From Nageia nagi (Eukaryota > Plantae > Pinophyta): a stretch of 64,000 nucleotides of DNA. The stretch lies in NCBI GenBank assembly GCA_050084985.1, contig JBITNC010000002.1:32302001-32366000 (forward strand), read 5' to 3'. Below, piece by piece: positions 1 to 12,800 of this stretch. How positions within the stretch are numbered: the stretch's first letter is position 1; each line of letters begins with the position of its first letter. The translations under genes and the position numbers were made by a program. The notes under the pieces were generated by a model. That model had not been told where the DNA came from. It was given only the letters and a program-made list of their open reading frames with translations, and did not search any database.

Positions 1-171
1 CACATGAGAGATGTTATTCACATCGCATATGACAAGTACTTCATGACCATATTGATGAAGCATTAGTGTGATGAAATGAACACCTTTCATCTTCCCATGA
101 GTGAGATTACCATCACCCTTGTTAACATCCATGGCCACATCCTATGGGTACCCATGAAGGGTACATTAATT
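1..171 (+). pseudogene. Plant Mobile Domain (aminotransferase-like PMD) fragment
   Basis: Frame 1 reads FMTILMKH*CDEMNTFHLPMSEITITLVNIHGHILWVPMKG, matching the PMD motif LVERWxxETHTFHLPxGEMTITLxDVxxILGLPxxG; the Trp codon has become TAG. Runs off the window start. Confidence 0.8.
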
Positions 172-2019
172 GAGAGAGCTACTCTCTCTTTATGGAGGAG
201 ATGGATGAGTAGTGTCACTAGTTGATGGGTGTGAGGTACATGAGGGGGATCTTAATAGAATGCATTCAAAACACATGCATGCACATGATTATTAAAAGAA
301 CCCTTATTTAAAAAATTTACCACCTCCCATTTTAATTTATTAAACCATTCATGGTAAAATCCTATATAATAAATAATAACCCTTTTTAAAAACTCGCCAT
401 TTTACAAAAAAATAGAATCAATTTTTAATACCTATTAATAGTTTTATCATTTCATCAATGCATAATATTTACTTCAACAATAGAAAAGTTGACTTGGACA
501 TGGACCTAAAATACTATGGGTTCCACCTCTAATACATAATAAATATTATATTTTTTCTCTTTATCTAGGCTTACTATGATTTTTTCTTAACCAACCACAA
601 CTACATTGTACTCTTCTTTAGCTAGATGTTGTAAGAAGACTTTGTAAGCTTTGGAACATATAGAATGGTATCTTAGATTAAGATAACCCTATCCATATTG
701 ATAGTAGACATCCTTCCTTACTTGACCATGTAAATTCATCTAATGTATTTAAATTAATTTAATTTTGTATAAAGATAAATAAATAAATTAATTTAATATA
801 TTGGAATCAAGTCAATAATAAAATAATAGAATAATATTTTTATTATTTCATAATATTAAAATTGAAGCAAAATAGAAGAATAATATTATCATATAGGGGT
901 ACTTTGGGTATGCCAACTAGAAGAAATGCCATCCAACCCCTCTTTTACCACCCCCCTTAAAAACCCCTTCCATCCTAGTAACCCCCACCCCTGATAACCA
1001 TCCACTCTTGATCACCCTCACGGTAACCCTCTACTTTGGTAAAAAATCCTCCCACCCTTCCATTATAAAATATGTACCAATATACCAATACTTCAAATTG
1101 ATACAAAAAATTCCCCCTTGTAGCACTCATGTGTTATTTACCATTTCATACTAATATACCTCCCTATGGTGAGGTACTACTAGTAGCAAAAGAAGAAGGA
1201 TCCCCTTCATGATACACTATATATGCCCCCATAGGATATAGATAACACACGATGGTTATGGCTATACGTTACAACTCTTATTGATACCATCTTATGTAGT
1301 GATAAGAGCCATGAATGCTTTCATATCAGCTTGATTCTTATAGTGCAAGGGATATGTATACAAGGAGAGAGGCATGCATGGGATTCATGCATATTAGCTA
1401 TACTATATTGAGATCTTCAAAAATTTATCAATATGAAGAAGGATGAAAATAGTATCACTCATTCATTTGTTTTTAAAAACTTAGGCATATGAGCACATCA
1501 ATGTAGTTTAGAGGTATCTACTAATGGTTACTTTGGTAGAGATTCTCCATTAGTTTCAATGTAACACCACTTAGAGAATTAGGTTGACACATGAGTAGAC
1601 TAATTTCATCAACTAATAGATCTTTTGTATGAGGATGATATTATTTAGGATCCATACTTTGAATTACTAATGTCTTATGAGTCTGATGGGGAGTTATCAT
1701 TGAGCATGACTCCATGCCATATACAGGGTCACACATGGGTGATTGAGTTTTATGATCTAGATCAAGTACTCAAGAAATTCTATTTGATGTAGGATGTGCA
1801 TTAGGATCCTTAATTCATTTGATTTGACCTTATAGTATTAGGTGATACAAATATTAGGCTATTATTATAGGATACCTAGTCCTGGCATCCTAGATCTTGA
1901 AGTGGAAGGAGTTAGAGGACCTTATCCTCAGGGTAACCACACTACATCATCAATATAATTCTAAGTACTAGATATGGTAGGATACTATATGACCTACTCC
2001 TTTAGGCCTATATGATAAG

Positions 2020-2150
2020 AAGGATGAAGCTAAGGAAGAAAAGGAGGTAGAGAAGGGTGTAGAGGATAAGGAGGAGGAGGAGGAGGAAGAGGAGGGGGAG
2101 GAGGAGTATGAGGAGGATGAGGAGGATGAGGAGGAGGAGGAGGAGGAGGA
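2020..2150 (+). repeat. (GAG)n purine-rich low-complexity tract, probably the acidic tail of a decayed TE gene
   Basis: Run of GAG/GAT/GAA triplets (poly-Glu/Asp on +, poly-Ser on -). Confidence 0.8.
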
Positions 2151-4319
2151 CATAGAGCCTATGGATACTAAGGATTCACCATATCCTACTCAAGATGTGG
2201 ATACTTTTGTACAATCCATATCCTATGCTACAACACAATCAACACCTTTCTCAAGTAAATCTAAGTTTAAGTTTTCTAGATTGATTTACTACATGAGTTT
2301 ACAAAAGGACTATGCTTTGGTTTTTATGTGACATAGACCTAAACCTTCAAATTGAGGGAATTTAGTTATAGATAACCACACTATAGGAGAAACTTAATAC
2401 TTAATATGAAAGGATTTAGGAGATCTAGGACCAATCCTTCACTCTTTAAGGTTAGATTATGGTCGTGCTAGATATATCTCATGTCATTCATTAATAAGAG
2501 CTTAAGAGGCTCTAAGAGATGATTGTAGTGAAGGATAATCAAATCCTATTACCATCCAAAATTTTGTAAACTTGCAAGGGTGGAAAAGTTTAATCTAATA
2601 AAATATTGTATCCAATCAATTCTAAGATGATAAAAAATTAAATTTTGACATTTTTTAATGTATTTTTGCTTTGGTCAGATCCTAGGAGCCTTTGGCAATG
2701 TTATCAACCTATAGGATTTGACTAACTAGTTTTTTAGTTCTCATGTTTTATTTTGGTTGGACTAAACCTTATCTCAACATCATTATCATTAACCTTACCA
2801 ACTTGATTATACATTTCCCTTTAGTAAGATCTAAATGCTTATTAACCTTATGCTAGAATTTATTATCATTATCGTATTCCATCTAACTGATCATCTTTTT
2901 CTTGAGACTCATCCTCAAAGTAATTAATAACAAGGCAAGTATTCCATAATAAATATCCCTAAATTGATTAAATATTTCCCATTGTTTGGGTTGTGATCCT
3001 CAATGACCCACTATAGATAAATTATCTTCATTAGCCTCTTCCACTCGACCATTCTTAGATCTTTAGTTGGACCCATGAGATTGTTGAATATCATCCCTAA
3101 GTAGATTATCATCAAAGAGCTCCATTACACCACCATTACCTCTTAGTTAGATGAACCAACTTATTGACAAAAATATCCCATCATTTTTTTCATCTCCCTT
3201 CACTACTCGACCAATGTACTGAAGCTCTCATTCAATGCACTCATACCTTCATTCAATGTGCATAGAAAATTCAATATCAACTATCCATTTAATAACATGT
3301 GGTCTATCTGATGCATGATATTTTACCCATCTGTACCCTAACATGTCTATAATATTAGACCTCCTAATGTTATGGTATTATGTTCTATAAAAGTAGATGA
3401 TGAGGTTAGGAGAGTTCCAAAGTTGCCAATAGAAACATTGCAAAAATCCTAACTCCCTCAACACTTCAATGGATCTAACCAATATGAAGGTAAAAACTTG
3501 AGTCAAATTCATGAGACCAATGATGATATATGAAAAAGCCTCCTATTATCCCTCATCTTGATTTGAATAATAGATTTTTGATCATAGATATCAATATTAA
3601 TCAAGAGGAGGAGTATGATAATGACAATATAAAAAGATAAAATTCCTAAGTCCTTATATGTTATATATGAGAAGGATTTGAAAATATTATGTTGGGGGAA
3701 GGTCATTAAATTCTTCAACCAGACAAAGAAGTAAAATACTAAGTCTTAAGGTTAGATCCAAAAGAAGATTGATAACTAGATCTAACCAAGTAAAGCTAGG
3801 TTGTTGAACCTACATATATAACTAATAAGGAGTGATGATTGAAAGGGAAAAGAATATATTATAAACAAATAATAAGGTTTTTAAATGGACCCTCAACCTA
3901 ACCTAATGAAGAAATTTATGAGTCATTGGGTTAAAGCCTCAAGAGAGATGAATAAATTTGATGAAAGTTATTAATCATTCCTAAAGTTTGACCTAATATA
4001 AAATTATTTAAGTGTTTATGATTGAGGAAAAGATGATATTAATAATAACAAAAAAGGGAATTTTAGTTGAAGATCTTTTCAACCCAACCCAATTGGAAAT
4101 AAAGCTACGTCTTATAGTTAGATCTTTGAGACCTATAATGAATATTTTTTTTGAAATATCATTAAGCCATTAAGTATAATTGTAGAAAGGATGAATTTTG
4201 CTAAGTATTAAGTCAAAATATTTATGAAGCGATGATGATAAAAAAATGCTAAAATTGGTCAAGTATTTTAGCCTAACTAATGGAAACATTGGTTATAATG
4301 TTAATATCAATAATTAAAA

Positions 4320-7300
4320 TGCCAATTTAATATCAAAGTTTCTAACTAAGGTCCTTATTTTTTAGGATGAGTATTTGGAAAGAGAATATTGCAAAGAGAT
4401 TTATGAAGGCTTCTTTGATCGAGCTACATAAGGAAGGAAGCAAGCTCTAGGATGCCCTTTTTCATAATGGCATTAAATACATCAAGAATACAAAGTGGAG
4501 TCACAATGACTCCAAGAAAATGAGTGTCAATGTAGATAAATTGATAAAGGAGAAAAAGAGAAATCATATCATCTATTCTTCCATGCTTTTCATAGCTAGA
4601 GTGTTCCCATTTGTTGTACATTTCCCAGAGTTAGCATTAGCCATATTAGAAAATTTGGACATAGAAAAGAGAAAATTTAGAGACTACAAGGGTAAATTCA
4701 TAGCCAAATTTTAACCCAAAGGGATAGAATCTTCCTTCAATTGGTCTAATAGGGGGATTGTATATAATAAAGAGCAATATAATTCCAAATTTAACATGAT
4801 ACACAAACTGAACAATTTTGTTATATGTTTATTGAATTTAAAATATTGATAGTTGGACCATTGAAGGATCATGGTGGTGAAAAAAGTGTGGTTTTAGAAA
4901 AATACTCATATCTTGTTCATATTATTATGCTAGGTCACTATTTAGGACACTAATGCTCATTTCACGAAGGATCATTTAGCCTTTCTATAGAAGATTAGAG
5001 AGGGAAGAAGAATAAGGTGGTGTGTGGTGATCAATGATACATTTATAAAAAATTTCCTATAACAAGACAATATTTAAGTTTTACATGAATTTTTACTTAG
5101 CCTATTTGCTATTGTATGGAAAAAATAAGCCTAAGGCTGTATGCATTAGAAAGTTGATTGGGAAACTATACATTCCCATTTATATCATGTACCCCCAGTG
5201 GGAAGTTAAAAACAAATGGAATGATGTTTGGATGAGGATAGATAAGTGGGGATTTTCCATTTACAAAGAATTGATTGGGCTACATTGAATAAAGAGGATT
5301 TCAAAGGGGTGAAGGAAAACCCTAAAAGGGTTACATAATTTTTGTCTAAAAGAGTGTGATGTTTCTTATATTTGAGTCTATGGGATAAAATTAGCACCCA
5401 CAAGATTGCCAAAGTATGTGAGCGATAAGCTCATGATATTTGAAGTTATGAAGCAATTAAAAAATTAGTCTGAGCATATTTTAAGGAAAAAGGTGCAAAT
5501 GATTAGGCTTCCTTTTTTTTAGGGTATTATGCATGTGATACTTGGATAGAGGTAGGAACAATGGACTTAGAACTAGAGTATTATAGTTTGGGGAAAATGA
5601 ATGATGTAAAGAACTATAATATTGAGGGGCTTATTGATGCATATTTCAAAGAAAATTTCAAGTCACCCTTTCAACATAAATATTTGGGGAGCATTGAAAT
5701 ATATTACAATGTGATATCTAATATTAAGATCCTAGACATATCCCAAAAAATAAAGCAAGAGTAAGAATAAGAAAAATAAAAGAAAAGATAATCATAATTT
5801 CCTCTTCTCTCATGGAATTAGAAATCTTGAGAAGGCCTCCAATGCTTTTGTAATGTAGAGCACCCTAAGAGAATATTCGATTTAGGTAGCTATAGTAAGG
5901 ATTGATTAATTTGGAACCATGAAAAATATAAATATTATTGATTTACTACAAAGTACCTATGCTCTCAAGGAGTCTCTAGAAGATAAACAAATCAAGGAGC
6001 TACTACATGAGTTGGAAGAAGCTTTTTAGATGGAGAAAGAAGGTGATCAAGAAGTACTCTATAGTAAGAAGATGAAATATGAACTTAAAGAAATGGAAGT
6101 TTTGAACTCTGATTAGTTTGGTAAAGAAAAGGAAGATGATAGGGAAGGAAGTTAGAAATTAGAAGCAACTCATCTTCTAGAAGTAGGAGCCAAGATGATA
6201 ATGAAAGAAAAGATAAAGTTTTCAACATCACAAGCTATGAAGAATAAGGTGAGATAATTCTAATCCCTCCATATGAAATAGAAGCAATGCTAATATATAT
6301 GTTGGAAAAACATTTATCCCAAATCCATAGTTTGAACTAATCTCATGAGGGTACTCCTAAAGGATCGACAATATACAACAACAAAAACACTTCAATAGTT
6401 TCTATAGGTCCTAATTATCCTAGTGGAGGAGGTGGATATTTTAAGGGGGATGATAGTGATAAGGAAAATATTGATAGGAGAAAGAAGAGAAAACAAGATG
6501 AGTATGACAAAGCTTCAAAGAAGTAGGTCATTCCTATAAATCCACCTTAGCAACCCTAGCAAGTAAATGATAAGACCTAGATAAAAGGAGTGGATCTAAA
6601 TGCTTACTTAAAAAGTTTGCAAGTCTACATGAGTGGAAGTGAAGATGATGATGTTGATGGAGATGGTGATGATGATAATCATTCCCTTTCAAGAACCCAA
6701 AATTTGCTCCAAATTTTTTCTAGTATTGACTATGATGGGAAGATTTTAGTGAAGAAAATCTATACCCAAAGGTGAATCTACCCTCAAAATCCATAAATAT
6801 AAATATGACATTGGAAATATTGATGAAGATGGAATGTCCTACATGGGAAAATAAGCTATGGACCATATGAAAAAACTAGTAAAAAAATAAAAGCAAAAGA
6901 TTAAGGAGTTAAAAGGGAAACTCAAAGAGTAAAAAGCCAAAGAGAAGAATTGGGAATCTCTAACTTCATATGAGAATGCCTTGAAGATTAATTTTCATAA
7001 GGAAGATGCATTCACTAAGAATATTCAATCTCTCATCACCCAACTAAAAAAAAACCTAGATAGTGCCTATGACATGTTTATGTAAATTTTATACATCAGG
7101 AAAAAACTTAAAGATATGGAAAAGACCATAGGAGAAATGAAAGAAATTTTGGAAGCTAGTGTTCAATTCATTTTGAACTCAAAGAAGAAGTGTGGGAAAA
7201 CAACGATTACCTAGATAACAATATATGGTAATTTTTTTTTTAATCATAGGTATTTATTAATAGATAAAGAAAAATATAAATGGATGTTGACTAGATTTAG

Positions 7301-7640
7301 AGTGCTATTTGAGATATTTAAGGTTATCCTATGACTATGAGTATTCCATTTTTCTACAATGGTGGAGAAAATGCAACTACAAGCTAGTTTTAAAGGAATG
7401 TTAGAGACTTAATTGTTAATTAATGATATTAAAGCTATTCAATATTAGAGTCTTCTATAATCATATAATGAATTGGTTATTTTTGAGCTAGGATTACATG
7501 ACCTAATGGATGAAATACGAAGGCTAAAAAATGAAACAACTATAGATGCTAGTGGTCTAAAGCTACATATGTGTAAATTGGATAAGTTCATAGGGAAGGA
7601 TCTATATAAGAAGTTGGAAAATTCATTGAAAAGTAGTTGA
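4320..7640 (+). pseudogene. Decayed ~1100-codon accessory ORF inside the 5' LTR (U3)
   Basis: Consecutive + strand ORF pieces (IYSSMLFIARVFPFVVHFPEL; WCVVINDT...FYMNFYLAYLLL; YSLGKMNDVKNY...GLIDAYF), then acidic low-complexity and coiled-coil-like segments. The same peptides recur in the 3' LTR. Ends are approximate. Confidence 0.75.
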
Positions 7641-8078
7641 AGTTCCATCCATGTCTTACCCATTAGATAAAGTTAACATGTAAATTTAAAAAAACAAATT
7701 TTGAGTTGTTGAATTGAGGTTTCACCCATGTCTCACTCCTTAGATAGTGTAATAGGATAAGTTGGACTAATAGTTTCACTTTTTAATTTGAGAAAGATAA
7801 GTTGTTGATTTTTATGCTAGTGTCCCATCCACATTTCACCTGTTGGATAGGGTTATTTGATAAGAGTAAAGTATTTTTTGACTTATCTAAATTCCCATTC
7901 CACATCTTGACTAGAAGAAGATACATGGTAAGTCAAGAAGAATTACATTAAGTTAGGTTTTTGTTTAGTTATCACTTATTGGTTAGAAAGGGAATTCAAA
8001 GAGTCTCCTTAATTCAAGGAGCATTTTTATAATTGAAAAAGGTAGATGAATGGTTAGTTTTTCCACCTCCCTTTATCT

Positions 8079-8085
8079 TATAAAA
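8079..8085 (+). promoter_or_regulatory. Putative LTR TATA box (TATAAAA)
   Basis: CTTATAAAAGGGAG is conserved in both LTRs (second copy 22356-22362), ~560 bp before the LTR end and followed by a CT-rich segment. Confidence 0.65.
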
Positions 8086-8644
8086 GGGAGCTAAGGTTAT
8101 TGTAAACTCTCTCTGTCACTAATGCAAGGAACTACTATATATTTGAAGATTAATGAAGTAGACTTGATTGATCTTATGTTGTCATTTTGTTGTTATTATT
8201 TTCATGTGTGGATGATTTGTTTACTAGTTAATTAGTAAAATAGTATTCCATATGATTTTGATAACCTTTTGTAAGTTTTGAAAGCATTAAAATAAGGCTT
8301 ATGATTGACAATGAAGACCAATACAAGTTCAATATTGATTTGTATATTAGGCTGATAGGATAAAGAATTTCATTTATTTATTGAAGTAAGATCAAGGGAC
8401 ATCCTTAACAATTTTAATTTCAAGCAAGCTATGTAGCTAAAATTATTATAAGCTATCTTCTCTTACCAAGTTATTAGTAAGAAGGAAGAGTTCTCTAGTT
8501 AGGAACTACTATGAGAATCATTTGATTTCAAGCTAGTTGAAGAAGAATATTGAAGCATATTAATAACCTCCTCATTAAAAAGGAGGATTGCATAATCCCT
8601 TGCTATCCCCTTTTTTTCCTATAAGAAAAAATAGTTAACAGAAT

Positions 8645-8662
8645 TGGTAACTTCATTAGGGA
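8645..8662 (+). other. Degenerate primer-binding site (tRNA-Arg type)
   Basis: TGGTAACTTCATTAGGGA, 4 nt after the LTR, derives from the Tat/Ogre-type PBS TGGCGACTCCACTGGGGA by C>T and G>A transitions only. Confidence 0.75.
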
Positions 8663-9899
8663 AGCAAGTTTACTTTAACAAGATTTGGCTAAGAGAAGTT
8701 AGCCTAACGACTCTAAGTTAGTCACATAGGAAAGGAGATTTCTTGAGTTCAAAATCAACTATAAATTGATTTTTTATTTAAAAAAAATAACTTAGTACTT
8801 TAATAATAATAATAATAATATTAAATACCAACAAAAATTTTCAATATAAAATTTCATGGGCAATCCTAATTTTAGAGGAAGAATCCTTTCAAGAAGTCAA
8901 ATCTAAGAAATTATTGAAAATAATACTTTGTTATTTAACCAGTCCTTAATTGATTTATTATACATAAATCAAAACAAAATTGTTAGAAGAGCTTAAGATA
9001 GACATCTCCTCCAATAAAAAAGTTCAAAAATGATACTTACAAAAGAAATTCTCTCTTAAGGCTATTTAGGAGTGAAGCCAGATCTTAAATAAATAAATAA
9101 TTTTTCCAAGGAGAAATACCTTTGGATGAGGAGGTTGGTAGATATAGTGAATAAGAAAATGAGTATGAGATTAAATATATTATAGATCTCAAGACCAATT
9201 TCCTGATACCAATTGAAAAGAATCCAATTTAGTTACCTTCACTACAAATAATATTGTTTGGAGCAGACACCTTGAACATTTCTTGTGCAAGAGTGATTGA
9301 ATCTTAATTTTTGACTAGTATTATTAACATAGTAAAAGAACATGCAAAGAGAAGCCATAAGAGAAAATTGCCTATTGAAGAACATATTAATAATTAATTA
9401 ATTAGAAAAGACTTGCACCTTTTCTGATCCATCAAGAAGTAGTGTTGACATTAACTTAGACCATAAAATTAGTGGAATAAGATTTTGTTGAAGAGAATTT
9501 TGATGAAGTAGGATATCCCTTAGAAAATGATTCTAAATTAGAATAAGTTTATGCTAATTGAATATCAATTTATTTTATATGATCCTTTCCTAAAATGAAC
9601 CAAAAGCTATCTGAATTTGACAAATTTATAAAATCTTCATCTAAAGCAAGATGTAAAGTTTGTTTGGACATGGAACAAGAAGCTTTAGAGACATAGATAA
9701 TTTGAGTTAGAATGTAGATCCTTCTCATATAGAAAGAGAAATTAGGAGAATAAGAAGTCAAAGAAATGAAGGATAAATAAATATTCATATTCAATAAATA
9801 AAAAATCCTTAATCTTTGCAAAGTCAACTCGCCATTTCTAAATTTCCCATTCCTATCTACATAACACCTATCCATACCTATACTCCAAATATGTAAGGC

Positions 9900-12800
9900 A
9901 AATTAAGTGGCAATGGTCATGGTGGCCATAGTGGAGGTGGTGGAGGAAATGGTGCTAATTCCCACCCAATGATAGATTTGATGGAGGATGTGGTGGTGGT
10001 GAAAATAGAACCCCTCCAAGTGGAGCCATAAGGCCCTAGATGAATAACACCATTCCTTTAAAATTTTCTAGAGATAAACATATTCTTCCTAAAGATACTA
10101 AGGGTTTACCTATCTATCCAAGAGAAACATCAAGGATTTCTAGAGAGGAACACCTTAAAAATTTTAACACTTTTTTTGAAGTAGCAATCATAGAGCATGA
10201 AGATGTTTCTGTCAAGATGCTAGTTCAAACATTCATTGAAGAAGCATTACATTGTACAATTCATTACCGCTAAGATCAATAACTAGTTGAGATGATCTTA
10301 CAACATATTTCTTGGCTAGATTCAGAAGTAAGTCATCAAAACTAAATTGATGAGTGACATTTCATGGAAAAAGAAAAATGAAAGATAATCTATAGCATAA
10401 TTTCTTGATCAATTTAACAAATTGTATTGAAAAATTCTAGCCAACTTAAGGCCAAATAGATATTTGAAGAAGTGCATATTCATCAACAACCTAGAATCTT
10501 ATCTTTTCTATGCAATGAATTGTTAATTCCCACAATATTTTGAAGATGCCATTGATGAAGAAATGAGGCATGTAAAATTCCTTATTATAGCTAGAAAATT
10601 GAATATGTTAAGGACTTCTTCTACTCCTTAGAGAAAAGATGAAGATGAATAGGATACTAAAGATGAAAAAATGAGAAAGGTGATAATAATAACAAGAATA
10701 TAGAGAATGGAATGCTAAGAAAATTCATAAATTTTACTATTTATTATAATCAAAATCCATAATAAGGTTTTCATGCTAACCATAATTTTAGGAAATTATT
10801 GGAACAAAATAGAGGAGAAAATAATGAGACAAATAAATTGCACTAATACCATTAAACAAAGGAGAATCTTCAAACAATTCATATTGTAACCTTTGTAAGT
10901 TCAAGCATGAAATAATAATTATGTAACCTTGGCTCTAATTAAAGAGATATTTATAGAAAATTAAAAACATGTTGACTGAGGAAGCTCTGAAGAGCAAAAT
11001 AAAACTAATTATGCTCACAAAGAAGATGACAATGAGATAATATCTTACTACCAAGGTAGCAAAGAGCCTTCTCATGCTTGTGCTCAAGGATTAACAGTGG
11101 TTAACCATGCCCAAAATAAAGCTCAAAACCATATGAAACCATAAATTCCTTAACTATCTCAAGCATTTACTATAGATCCTCCTAGATCCCAAGCACCTCA
11201 ATAGAATCACACTCAACCATAAACATCTCCACAAATGATTCAACTAGTTCAACCTTAGTCTTAGTATCAAACTCAAGTTCATCATCAAAATATGACATAA
11301 TGAATAGTCTAAGTGAAAAGTAGATTGTAGTGTATTGGTAATATGCCTATTCAAGATAAATCTAAATTAGCCAAAAGTTTGAAAATGGAATCCGCTCTAC
11401 CAAGGTATAGTATCATGGAAGAAATGTTTAAGAAAAGTGCAAATATTTTGATTCTTCAATAACTTCACATAGACCCTCAATCATTAAAAGAACTTTATAT
11501 TTATGTAAGTTCTCTAAAGAGAAAGGTAAATGTTGCAAATATCCCTCAACATCCTTCAGTGTTAAATTATATCATGATAGCTCAATAAAATATGTTAAGG
11601 ATTATGCCTTTTTTATATCTATTTATGGATTAAAAATAGAAAATATTTTAATTCCATCTAAGATTTAGGAGTGAAAAATAACATTATGCCCTTGAGATTC
11701 ACCCAATATCTTAAAATAATCTTATCTTATTGTGATGACCCTCATTACTAATTAGATTCATCAAATGTTAGAACATTGTAAAAAATCAAAGACATGAACA
11801 TATCCTTGGTAGCCTTCCTAACAAAAAAGATATTGATTTCCATATTAATAATGGATATGCCTATATCATATGGGATGTTACTTGAAAGAAATTTTAGAGC
11901 ACGTATGGGTGGGATGATTTCCTTAGATTGTATGTTAACTCAAATCCCAATCAAGAATACCTTAAAGATCATATAACTAGAAAGTAGATAAAGGTTTGTT
12001 ATACAAATAGGAGGGCCTAAGTTGGATAATAGTATAGATAATAATCATATCGAAGGTAGTACTTAGGATCATATCTTAAAAAATGAAATTGATCATTCTT
12101 TTGTATTCTTTCAAGATTATGAAATCAAAAATTATGAAGCATTACTCAAATAACTAAAAAATGATATTATAATCAATGATACTAATGAAGTATAGGAAAT
12201 GTATTTCAATGGGAGTGTCAAGAAGATAATGAAGGAGTGTTATTCATATAACTTGATGACATGAGAAGGGATTACTCCATGAGGTTGAAATTCCATTGTA
12301 CTAATAATATTTCAAAATATGAGGCTTTATATAGAGGTTTTACCATCACTCAAAAAGAGCTTTGAGTTAGAAATATGATTTTCTTTGGAGATGCAAAACT
12401 GATAGTTAAATAAGTTAAAAATTATTTTCAAACTAAAAATGCCCAACTAAAATCATACCGATATATATTTTGTGATGCAATCAAATTATTCAATTCCTTC
12501 AAGATATAAGCTATCCCATGACATCTAAATTCTTAAGTTGATGCATCAAGCTTGATCCCTCTCTTTAATTAGAACAATTATAGATAGAGTTACTATATAG
12601 GTATACTATCCTAGAATACATTGCACACTAGCATATATTTGATTCCAATAGATAAATTCTTTTATTTTTACAATGCATGGAATAATACATGTAAGGTTTT
12701 ATAAAAAAATAAAAAAAATCATCCAATTAGATTCGAATAGAATACTAGCAGGCATGATTGCATTGGAGAGCCTTTATAAAATACATGACCATTTCAAAAG

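Larger units (their letters stand above)
2547..8640 (+). repeat. 5' LTR (6094 bp)
   Basis: Starts TATTACCATCCAAAATTTT (TG mutated to TA), ends GTTAACA; collinear with 16798-22916 at roughly 80% identity by eye. Confidence 0.93.

Noticed and set aside
1968-2153. 61-aa poly-Ser ORF
   Set aside because: Antisense reading of a (GAG)n low-complexity tract.
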